From positions 9,112 to 51,764 of the forward strand of contig CAZLYY010000001.1 in NCBI GenBank assembly GCA_964563895.1: a stretch of 42,653 nucleotides of DNA. The letters run 5' to 3'. Both the position numbers and the translations under genes were made by a program. Below, one piece after another: positions 19,926-27,368 of the stretch. Positions within the stretch are counted from its first letter, which is position 1, and each line of letters begins with the position of its first letter. This DNA comes from an uncultured Christensenella sp. (GTDB taxonomy: Bacteria > Bacillota > Clostridia > Christensenellales > UBA1242). The notes below the pieces were generated by a model. That model saw nothing but the letters and a program-made list of their open reading frames with translations. It had not been told where the DNA came from and did not search any database.

Positions 19926-20210
19926 ATGGAAAACAAGGTGAGTGAAGATGTTGCTTTTTCTGCCTTGAAAAATTTGATAGAAGGAGCAACGACCATTGAA
20001 GAAATAGAAGAATACACCGTTGACAAAGAAAAGGGACTTGTTTTGAAAGGTACAAAAAAAGTTATAAAAAAACTTCCGCCCGATTTGAATGCGATAAAAA
20101 CAGTTTTATCTTTTGACAATTTGCAAAATGTTGAGCAAATGAGTGATGAAGAGTTGGAGCGGGAGAAACAAAAACTTTTCAAACAACTTTTAGACGAAGA
20201 AAAGAAATAA
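19926..20210 (+). CDS. Small acidic helical protein of unknown function between TerL and portal (possibly a remnant of a TerS oligomerisation region)
   Basis: Strong SD (aagggggaaaaATG), 94 aa. KKVIKKLPPDLNAIKTVL faintly resembles the C-terminal part of Firmicute-phage small terminases as I remember them. No HTH. Confidence 0.3.
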   Translation: MENKVSEDVAFSALKNLIEGATTIEEIEEYTVDKEKGLVLKGTKKVIKKLPPDLNAIKTVLSFDNLQNVEQMSDEELEREKQKLFKQLLDEEKK

Positions 20211-20262
20211 TTTGAAGGAACAATTTATAAAAATTTTATAAATGTACAAAAAAGGAGAAAGA

Positions 20263-21891
20263 ATGAAAAAAAAGAAAAATGATTTTGTTGAAGATTTGGT
20301 GCTTTCAGTTAGGGAAGACTTTTTAAAAAGGCAAAAAGAAAGAAAAATTTTTGAAAGTACTTGGCGTCTTAACAACAACTTTTTGTCCGGCAATCAATAT
20401 GTGGGCATTGACTCTTTATATGATATAAAGCAAGAAGACAAAGTTTTCTTTTGGCAAGAAAGAAAGGTTTACAACCACATTGCACCAATCATCGAACAAC
20501 GTCTTGCAAAACTCAATGCAATAAAGCCCGAAATGGATATAATGGCAAGCAGTTCCAACGAAAATGACCAAAAGGTTGCAAGTTTATCTCAAGATATTTT
20601 ACGTGGTGCTTACGAAAAGTTTAATTTGAGCCAAATTATATCAAAAGCAACCGTATGGAGTGAGATTGCGGGAACAAGTTTTTACAAAGTTGTGTGGAAT
20701 GGTGCTTCCGGTCGCAAAATTTATGATAAAAATGGCAAACTTGTATACGAAGGTGATGTTGAAATAAGCGCATTGTCCCCATTTGAAATTTATCCGGACA
20801 ACAATTATGTTGAAGATATAAATGAGTGCGAGAGCATTATTCACGCAAAGGCATATAGTGTAAAAGCAATAAAAAACATTTGGGGAGTAGATGTAAAAGG
20901 GGAAGAAGTTGATGTTTTTGATGCTTCAACAAGTTTAGAACCTATCAAACAAAACAATCAAGCAATTGTGATTGAACGATACGAAAGCCCAAGCATTGAG
21001 TATCCAAACGGACGACTTGTTATTGTATGCGAAGACAAACTTTTGTACGTGGGCGAGTTGCCTTTTGTCAATCTTCCAGACGGCAAAAGGGGATATCCTT
21101 TTGTAAAGCAAGTTTGTTTGCGTGTGCCAAATTGTTTTTGGGGGAAAAGTGTTATAGAAAAACTTATTCCAATCCAAAGGGCATACAATGCTATAAAAAA
21201 TAGAAAACACGAATATATAAATAGGCTTTCAATAGGTGTTTTGGCGGTTGAAGACGGCAGTGTCGATGTGGACGAACTATCTCAAGAAGGTTTGCAACCG
21301 GGGAAAATAATTGTATATAGGCAAGGCGCTACACCACCAAAATTTTTAGATGAAGAATCTCTTCCAAAAGATTTTGACACCGAAGAAGAAAATTTGCGAA
21401 ACGAATTTAGCGAAATTAGTGGGGTAACAAACATTTTATCCAATCAATTTAGTGCCAACACTTTGAGTGGAACGGCATTGCAACTTTTGATAGAACAAGA
21501 TACTTCACGATTAAGTTCAAGCGTTGATGAAATTGACAGAGCAATAAAATTGGTTGCAAAAATGATTTTGCGTTTGTACAAGCAATTTGCGGTTATGCCA
21601 CGATTGCTCAAAGTTGCAAACAATGTAGGCAAAGCCGACCTTGTGTATTTCAAAAATAGCGACCTAGGGGTTGAAGATGTAGTATTTACAACAGATAGTA
21701 GTTTGGCAGAAAGCCTATCAACAAAAAGAGAACATATTCTCAAACTTCTATCTTCAAATGTTTTAAAAGACAAAGATGGGAATGTGGACAGCGAAGTAAA
21801 ACGCAAGATTTTGGAACTTTTTGGAATGAATTTTGTTTTGCCAACTTCTCAAAAGGAAAATTTAGACAAAAAGCAAAACGAACAAAAATAA
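20263..21891 (+). CDS. Phage portal protein
   Basis: 542 aa directly after the terminase. The N-terminal ...FESTWRLNNNFLSGNQYV... (the E..W..N..F..GNQ motif common in portals), its size, and its position before scaffold and capsid support the call. The SD aaggag precedes the ATG at 20263 rather than the one at 20242. Confidence 0.75.
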   Translation: MKKKKNDFVEDLVLSVREDFLKRQKERKIFESTWRLNNNFLSGNQYVGIDSLYDIKQEDKVFFWQERKVYNHIAPIIEQRLAKLNAIKPEMDIMASSSNENDQKVASLSQDILRGAYEKFNLSQIISKATVWSEIAGTSFYKVVWNGASGRKIYDKNGKLVYEGDVEISALSPFEIYPDNNYVEDINECESIIHAKAYSVKAIKNIWGVDVKGEEVDVFDASTSLEPIKQNNQAIVIERYESPSIEYPNGRLVIVCEDKLLYVGELPFVNLPDGKRGYPFVKQVCLRVPNCFWGKSVIEKLIPIQRAYNAIKNRKHEYINRLSIGVLAVEDGSVDVDELSQEGLQPGKIIVYRQGATPPKFLDEESLPKDFDTEEENLRNEFSEISGVTNILSNQFSANTLSGTALQLLIEQDTSRLSSSVDEIDRAIKLVAKMILRLYKQFAVMPRLLKVANNVGKADLVYFKNSDLGVEDVVFTTDSSLAESLSTKREHILKLLSSNVLKDKDGNVDSEVKRKILELFGMNFVLPTSQKENLDKKQNEQK

Positions 21892-21967
21892 ATCTAAAAA
21901 TAGAATAGTGCAAAAATTACAATATAAATTTGATTTTAATATTATTAAAAAATAGGAGAATAAAAAA

Positions 21968-22393
21968 ATGGAAGAAAAAATGGAACAACTAGACTTTCAA
22001 GCAGAAAAGGAGAGCTCCAACTTGGGCAAATTCAAGGACGCACAAGCGCTTCTTGATGCCTACAACAATTTGCAAAGCGATTACACAAAAAAGTGTCAAG
22101 CATTGTCGTCTTTGCAAAAAAATCTCAAAGAAAATGAAGGGGAACAACCTTCACCTGAGAGAGAAAAAGAAGATTTATCTAGTGAAGATAGGATAAAACT
22201 TCTTCAAGACTATGTCTACAACAATTCTGACTTCCGAGACAAACTTTTGGCAAAATATTTTGATGATATTATTCTTCCCAAAAGTCCACGACTTATAGGG
22301 AGTGATAGGGGTAGCGATACCATTGTTAGCCCTGTATCCAAACCAAAGACCTTGGAAGAAGCAGGAAAAATTGTTAGGGATATGTTGAAATAA
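21968..22393 (+). CDS. Capsid scaffolding protein (candidate)
   Basis: 141 aa, highly charged and helical. LGKFKDAQALLDAYNNLQSDYTKKCQAL resembles the conserved N-terminal string of Firmicute-phage scaffold proteins. It sits between portal and capsid, and no prohead protease gene is present. Confidence 0.6.
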   Translation: MEEKMEQLDFQAEKESSNLGKFKDAQALLDAYNNLQSDYTKKCQALSSLQKNLKENEGEQPSPEREKEDLSSEDRIKLLQDYVYNNSDFRDKLLAKYFDDIILPKSPRLIGSDRGSDTIVSPVSKPKTLEEAGKIVRDMLK

Positions 22394-22501
22394 AATTACA
22401 AAAAAATGGCAATTTAGATGGAAATAGAACATAAGTTATAGGCTAGAAATTTTGTATATTATCTTCAAAAATTTTTAAAAAATTAAAAGGAAAAATTAAA
22501 A

Positions 22502-23671
22502 ATGGTAACATTAGATTCAGCACAAAATGCATTAAAATCAGTATATCTTGGAGTTTTATCCGAACAACTCAACATAAAATCCAATGCATTTTTATCAAAA
22601 ATTAAACAAAGTAGCAAAGACGTTTATGGCAAGGAAATAATCAAACTTGCACCATATGGTCTTAATGGTGGGATATGTGCATCAAGCGAAACAGGTACAT
22701 TGCCAACCGCATCTTCTCACAAATTTTTGCAATTTAAGAGTGGGCTTAAAAACCTTTATGGAACAATATCTATTTCAGACAAAGCAATCAGGGCAAGTAT
22801 GTCCGATAGTGGTGCTTTTGTAAATCTTTTGAGTGATGAAATGGACAGCCTTGTCAAGTCAAGTGCTTTCAATCTTGGTCGTATGGTTTATGGGGACGGC
22901 ACAGGTCTTTTGGCAACAGTTACAGTAGCAGATTCAAAGACAACTTTTAACAGTGTCAAAAATTTTGTTGAAGGAATGAAAGTTGATATTTATAGTAGCA
23001 CAGGGGCACTTGCAAAGAGTGGACTTGTCGTTACTTACGTTGACAGAACAAACAAAACAATTACATTGAGCGAAGGTTATACTTTTGTGAATGGTGATAA
23101 AATTTACGCTTGTGGTTCAAAGGACAACGAAATTACAGGTATAAAAAGACTTTTTGACAAGACAGAAGCAAATAGAATGCTTTATGGCGTTGATAGAACA
23201 AATTATGCTTGGCTTTATCCTTATGTGGAAGAAAATTCTAAAACAGCAGTGGAAATAAGCGATTCTCTTATCCAAACAGCACTCAATTCAATTGAAGAAG
23301 AAACAGGTTCGCAAGTAGACTTTATTGCGGTTTCAGGCGATGTAAGAACGGCTTATCAAAAGTATTTATCCGCCAATAGACGCAACCTTGATATAGAAGT
23401 TTTGGCAGGTGGGTACAAGGCTATGACTTATGCTGGGATACCTGTCGTTTACGAAAGATTTGTTGACGATGGAACAATGTATCTTCTCAACACACAAGAC
23501 TTCAATTTGCACCAACTTTGCGATTGGGAATGGCTCACAACAGACAACGGAAGCATACTCATACCATCTGCAACAAGTCCAACATACACAGCAACCCTTG
23601 TAAAATATGCCGAACTTATTTGCGATAGACCAGGTGCACAAGGCAAAATTTCTAATATTAAAAATTCTTAA
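22502..23671 (+). CDS. Major capsid protein (presumed HK97-fold/P22-coat-like)
   Basis: 389 aa, Ala/Gly/Thr-rich and low in charge clusters. The strings ...LYGTISISDKAIRAS...AFVNLLSDEMDSLVKSSAFNLGRMVYGDGTGLLA... are typical of annotated phage major capsid proteins. Canonical position after the scaffold gene. Confidence 0.75.
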   Translation: MVTLDSAQNALKSVYLGVLSEQLNIKSNAFLSKIKQSSKDVYGKEIIKLAPYGLNGGICASSETGTLPTASSHKFLQFKSGLKNLYGTISISDKAIRASMSDSGAFVNLLSDEMDSLVKSSAFNLGRMVYGDGTGLLATVTVADSKTTFNSVKNFVEGMKVDIYSSTGALAKSGLVVTYVDRTNKTITLSEGYTFVNGDKIYACGSKDNEITGIKRLFDKTEANRMLYGVDRTNYAWLYPYVEENSKTAVEISDSLIQTALNSIEEETGSQVDFIAVSGDVRTAYQKYLSANRRNLDIEVLAGGYKAMTYAGIPVVYERFVDDGTMYLLNTQDFNLHQLCDWEWLTTDNGSILIPSATSPTYTATLVKYAELICDRPGAQGKISNIKNS

Positions 23672-23766
23672 TTACAAAAATTTTAAAGCGAACAAATCAT
23701 TATTTGAAAAATTAGTCAAATTGAATATATTGGGCTAATTTTTCTTTTAAAAAAGTCTTTATGTAG

Positions 23767-23793
23767 GCCAACTTATAACTATTGTAAGTTGGC
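23767..23793 (+). promoter_or_regulatory. 9-bp hairpin just downstream of the capsid gene (possible mRNA-stabilising or attenuating structure)
   Basis: gccaactta (23767-23775) / taagttggc (23785-23793), with no T-run after it. Confidence 0.3.
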
Positions 23794-23823
23794 TTGCAAA
23801 AAGATAATAAAAAGGGAAAAATT

Positions 23824-24195
23824 ATGAAAGGAAAAATAAAATTAACAAGAGATTTTTTCAATATTTCTCAAAGGCTAAAAAAGATTGATAGAGAGTATGA
23901 CCTTGTTTTTGACAAGGAAAGAAAAATTTTTGAAGTGTACATAGGCAAAGTTTTTTGTTTTAAAATTGGGGAAAAACTTGACAATTTAGCCCTCAAAAAG
24001 GCCTACGAAACACATATAAGGAACAAAAAGATTTTGCTTGAAAAGATAGAAAAAGACAATATGCTTTTGGAGAAAAAAGAAAAGGAACAAACAATAAACA
24101 AGGCAAAATTTGACTTAAAAAATATGATTGAATTTGCATCAAAAACAGGAAAAGATGAGAATTTTTATAACATAAATTCAACCAAATGGTTTTAA
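23824..24195 (+). CDS. Hypothetical structural/assembly protein (123 aa, basic, helical)
   Basis: SD aaaaggg lies before the ATG at 23824; the track ORF starts at the TTG at 23794. No motif recognised. Confidence 0.4.
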   Translation: MKGKIKLTRDFFNISQRLKKIDREYDLVFDKERKIFEVYIGKVFCFKIGEKLDNLALKKAYETHIRNKKILLEKIEKDNMLLEKKEKEQTINKAKFDLKNMIEFASKTGKDENFYNINSTKWF

Positions 24196-24207
24196 AAGGA
24201 GAATAAA

Positions 24208-24774
24208 ATGACCGTATTAGAATTGTTAAAGATAGCAAGCAATTATCTTTCTATTGATAAGGAACTTCAAATTTTTTTTGAAGAAAGTGATACAAGCAGT
24301 GCAACCGATGAAGCAAAAAGCAAATTTAACAAACTTTTGCTTAGTTTCAACAATATTATAAACGAAATTGCATTGCACAAAGCACCAACAAAAACTATTG
24401 AAGTTGAGACTTCTTTTGGCTTAAACGAGATTGATTTAAGTGCTCAAAATTGCAACAAAGTGTTAAGTGTAAAATTAAAAAACGGCAAAAGATTGACCTT
24501 TTTACAAACAGGGCAGGTTGTTGTTTTTGATTGTTTGTCAAGAGAAAAAGTTTTGATAGAATACTCCTTTATTCCCAAAATTTACAAGGCGGACGACAAT
24601 CTTGATATTTTTACAAACATAGGCAATAGACTTCTTGCCATAGGTATTGCAAGCGAGTATTGCTACCTTGACGAAGTTTTTGACGATGCAAAAGAGTTGA
24701 GAGAAGAATTTGAAAAAGGTTTAAAGTCTATCCTTACAAAAAATGGTTTTATGCAAGGGAGAAATTTTGTATGA
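24208..24774 (+). CDS. Candidate head-to-tail adaptor (position and size equivalent to P22 gp4)
   Basis: 188 aa with SD aaaaggag. Its 4-nt ATGA overlap with the next ORF implies coupling. Assigned only from gene order (TerL-portal-scaffold-coat-gp4-gp10 in P22) and size (gp4 is ~166 aa). Confidence 0.35.
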   Translation: MTVLELLKIASNYLSIDKELQIFFEESDTSSATDEAKSKFNKLLLSFNNIINEIALHKAPTKTIEVETSFGLNEIDLSAQNCNKVLSVKLKNGKRLTFLQTGQVVVFDCLSREKVLIEYSFIPKIYKADDNLDIFTNIGNRLLAIGIASEYCYLDEVFDDAKELREEFEKGLKSILTKNGFMQGRNFV

Positions 24775-26228
24775 CATTAAAGAAAAATAAAATAGTTTAT
24801 AAAAATTTTTCACAAAACTTTAATTTTGATGATAGTGAATATCTCACTTCAACAAATTGCAGTTTAAAGTACAATGTTCAATCTTCAAAAGGGTATTTGA
24901 CCGAAGGGAAAGGACTAAAAAAACTATGCTTGCCATTTTTTTATCCAACAGTCCCAACCGAAGTTGAAACATCTTCTCAAAATTTCAATTTTGTTAGGAT
25001 TTGGTATTATTCTTATTATAGTGAAACGGATAAAAAGCAAAAATATTTTATGATTGCATTTGGCAACGACAATTATTTATATTATTCAAATTTGCATACA
25101 CACGCAGGGAAGTTTTACAAAATCCCCAATTGTTCGGCATTGTCATCTGTGCCAGATACAATCAACTTTATGTTAGGCACCGACTCTGTCATTGGTTTTG
25201 CATCAACAACAGACAATCTTCTTGTATGGTATTGCGACAAAGACCCTTACTTAGCCAAAAACACACCACGTTTCAAATCTATTTGTTTGCATGGGGATAG
25301 ACTTTTTGCCATTGATGCAGATGAAGATAATGTTGTGAGATATAGCGCCACCTACAACCCGCTTGACTGGAAAAAGGATATTTCTTCTTCCGAAGACGCG
25401 GACAAAATCACACTCAATGACTACAAAAGCAATTTGCAAAAATTGGTGTCCTTTAACGATTTTGTTTATGTCTTTCACGACTATGGCATATCCAAAATTA
25501 CAAGTTACAATTTAACCAAAAAATTTTATTGCACAAACATTTACAACACAACTAGCAAAATTTATACCAACACAGTTTGTGTATGTGGAGAGTATATCTA
25601 TTTTTTGCAAGAAGACGGCTTGTATAGGTTGGATAAAACAGATATAAAAAGAATAGATTTCAAGTTTTCCGACCTTTTTATGCACAATCAAGACGAAGCA
25701 AATAGTTGCTATTTTGATGGAAAATATTATCTTGCTTGCAAACTTGACTTTAATGATGGGGAAGAATCTACATACAACAACTCTCTTGTAGAATTTGATT
25801 TTGAAAACAACGAATTTAACATAATAAAAGGCATTGATATAGTGTCTATGCTACCAATCAATATATCTGGTGTAAACAAAATAGTTATTGCAAGGCGAGA
25901 TAAAAATATTTTGTACGAACTCACTTCTACTTCACAAATAGACTCACTTGCTACATTTAAATTTTGGCAAAGCGGACAAATAACTTTTGGAACAATTGAT
26001 GACAAGAAAATAATAAAAGATTTGCATATTTACTCAAAATATGATTGCGATTTTACAATCACTTCAAATAAAAAAACTTTTAAGTTTTCTATCAAAGGGC
26101 AAGACAAAATTCAACGTGTGCCGATTAATCTTGTGGGGAATGAATTTAAGTTTTCTTTGTCATCTACCGCAGATAAAATGCTTATAAAATATCTTGAAAT
26201 AAATTATGTTACAAAAAGTTATGATTAA
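24771..26228 (+). CDS. Candidate tail hub/nozzle or DNA-stabilisation protein (position and size equivalent to P22 gp10); beta-rich and repeat-like
   Basis: 485 aa (P22 gp10 is ~472 aa). It is rich in Y/F/N/D beta-strand-like repeats (DFVYVFHDYGISKIT, GEYIYFLQEDGLYRLD, DGKYYLACKLDF), which suggests a beta-propeller or beta-sandwich. No sequence-level identification. Confidence 0.35.
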   Translation: MTLKKNKIVYKNFSQNFNFDDSEYLTSTNCSLKYNVQSSKGYLTEGKGLKKLCLPFFYPTVPTEVETSSQNFNFVRIWYYSYYSETDKKQKYFMIAFGNDNYLYYSNLHTHAGKFYKIPNCSALSSVPDTINFMLGTDSVIGFASTTDNLLVWYCDKDPYLAKNTPRFKSICLHGDRLFAIDADEDNVVRYSATYNPLDWKKDISSSEDADKITLNDYKSNLQKLVSFNDFVYVFHDYGISKITSYNLTKKFYCTNIYNTTSKIYTNTVCVCGEYIYFLQEDGLYRLDKTDIKRIDFKFSDLFMHNQDEANSCYFDGKYYLACKLDFNDGEESTYNNSLVEFDFENNEFNIIKGIDIVSMLPINISGVNKIVIARRDKNILYELTSTSQIDSLATFKFWQSGQITFGTIDDKKIIKDLHIYSKYDCDFTITSNKKTFKFSIKGQDKIQRVPINLVGNEFKFSLSSTADKMLIKYLEINYVTKSYD

Positions 26229-26328
26229 AAAAATGTAAAAATCTTTTATTCTTAAAAATTATGTTCAAAAAAGTTTATTGTGTTGTAGTCTTTTGTTTTT
26301 ACAACAAAATGTTAAAAGGAGACAAAAT

Positions 26329-26406
26329 ATGGATAAAGAAAAATTTGACGAAAAGGAAATCAAGGAAGAGTTTATGAAACTCTTGATAAAACTTGGATTA
26401 TACTAA
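26329..26406 (+). CDS. 25-aa micro-ORF with a strong SD upstream of the holin-like genes
   Basis: aaaaggagacaaaatATG; MDKEKFDEKEIKEEFMKLLIKLGLY*. It stops 1 nt before the ATG of the next gene. Confidence 0.3.
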   Translation: MDKEKFDEKEIKEEFMKLLIKLGLY

Positions 26407-26407
26407 T

Positions 26408-26629
26408 ATGTGGGAAGAAATCTTTAATCAAGCGACTACAAATGGAATATGGGCGGTGCTTTTTGTTGGTTTGCTATTTTTCATCTTGACGGATAGTGCA
26501 AAACGCGAGAAAAAGTATCAAGAAACCATTGCAAAACTCAATTCACACCTAGATTGTGTGGAAGATATAAGAGACGAAATAAAAGAAATAAGGACATCAC
26601 TTATTAAAAAAGGAGATGTTAAAAATTGA
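26408..26629 (+). CDS. BhlA/UviB-family holin-like protein
   Basis: MWEEIFNQATTNGIWAVLFVGLLFFILTDSAKREKKYQETIAKLNSHL... has a single N-terminal TM followed by a charged coiled tail. This matches the layout and local motifs of SPbeta BhlA and C. perfringens UviB as I recall them (...GPFAVLFCWLLFYVMKTSKERESKLY...). Confidence 0.6.
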   Translation: MWEEIFNQATTNGIWAVLFVGLLFFILTDSAKREKKYQETIAKLNSHLDCVEDIRDEIKEIRTSLIKKGDVKN

Positions 26630-26988
26630 AAGATTCAAAAACAAATTTAGATGAAAACATTCAAGACACAACACAAGACACAGAACAAATTTTGGGGAAC
26701 ACACTTGACAATGACACGCAAGAAGAAAAGCCAACTTTCAACCCAAGCAGTTTATCTTTTTGGGTGGGACTTATAGCCATAATTTTAGGAACGCTTGAAG
26801 CATTTTTAATTGCTTTCAATGTCCAACTTGAAATAAACCTTTTGGTTGAAGGTGTGTCGACAATTCTTTTTGCTTTTGTTTGTTTTGGTGTTTTAAAAAC
26901 AAACAACAAAGTTATAACAAAAGACGATATAAAGTCTTCTCTTGAAGAAAATTTAAAATCAAAGAATAAAGATAAAAACGAAGAATAA
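26626..26988 (+). CDS. Two-TM small membrane protein (holin-like/antiholin-like) with an acidic N-terminus and a basic C-terminus
   Basis: The TTG start overlaps the previous stop by 4 nt (TTGA). TM1 is FWVGLIAIILGTLEAFLIAF and TM2 is VSTILFAFVCFGVL, followed by a charged C-terminal tail. Confidence 0.45.
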   Translation: MKDSKTNLDENIQDTTQDTEQILGNTLDNDTQEEKPTFNPSSLSFWVGLIAIILGTLEAFLIAFNVQLEINLLVEGVSTILFAFVCFGVLKTNNKVITKDDIKSSLEENLKSKNKDKNEE

Positions 26989-27078
26989 TCAATTTATAAA
27001 AACATTGCAAAATCACGACAAATTAAATTGATTTTTCAAATTAAAAATTTGAAATAAAAGTTTTTCGCAAATATTTAT

Positions 27079-27141
27079 AAAAAAGGACAATAAATCAAGG
27101 AAAATATTTTGGTTTTCCAGCGGTTTGTTGTTCTTTTTTTT
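27079..27141 (+). terminator. Compound hairpin with T-run closing the island operon
   Basis: The outer arms aaaaaaggacaa (27079-27090) / ttgttctttttt (27128-27139) enclose the inner hairpin ggaaaa (27099-27104) / ttttcc (27113-27118). Confidence 0.35.
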
Positions 27142-27368
27142 GTGCAAAATTTATTGTGTAATTTCAATATTTTTTCATTTTAAAATTTACTGCTAATTTT
27201 AAATTAAAGATTGATTTTCCCCAAAATTTGTATTGTTGTTTATTTGCTTGCTTTTTTTTGTTGTTTCAATATAATAAAAGTATGTATGGTTGCGTGTAAG
27301 TTTTTTTGCAACTGCATTTAAAATTTTTATTGTTGGATATTATATGAAGATTTCAAAGGGAATTAAAT

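Larger units (their letters stand above)
18460..26988 (+). mobile_element. Phage-derived morphogenesis island (head + neck genes + holin-like genes only); no integrase, replication, tail-fibre or endolysin genes
   Basis: A co-directional, tightly packed or overlapping ORF series with SD sites: TerL, 94-aa ORF, portal, scaffold, capsid, 123-aa, 188-aa, 485-aa, 25-aa, BhlA-like and 2-TM ORFs. See the individual features. Confidence 0.7.

Noticed and set aside
22502-23671. Encapsulin nanocompartment shell instead of a phage capsid
   Set aside because: The gene sits in an operon with a Walker-A/B terminase carrying a nuclease motif, a portal-sized protein and a scaffold. There is no cargo enzyme with a targeting peptide next to it.
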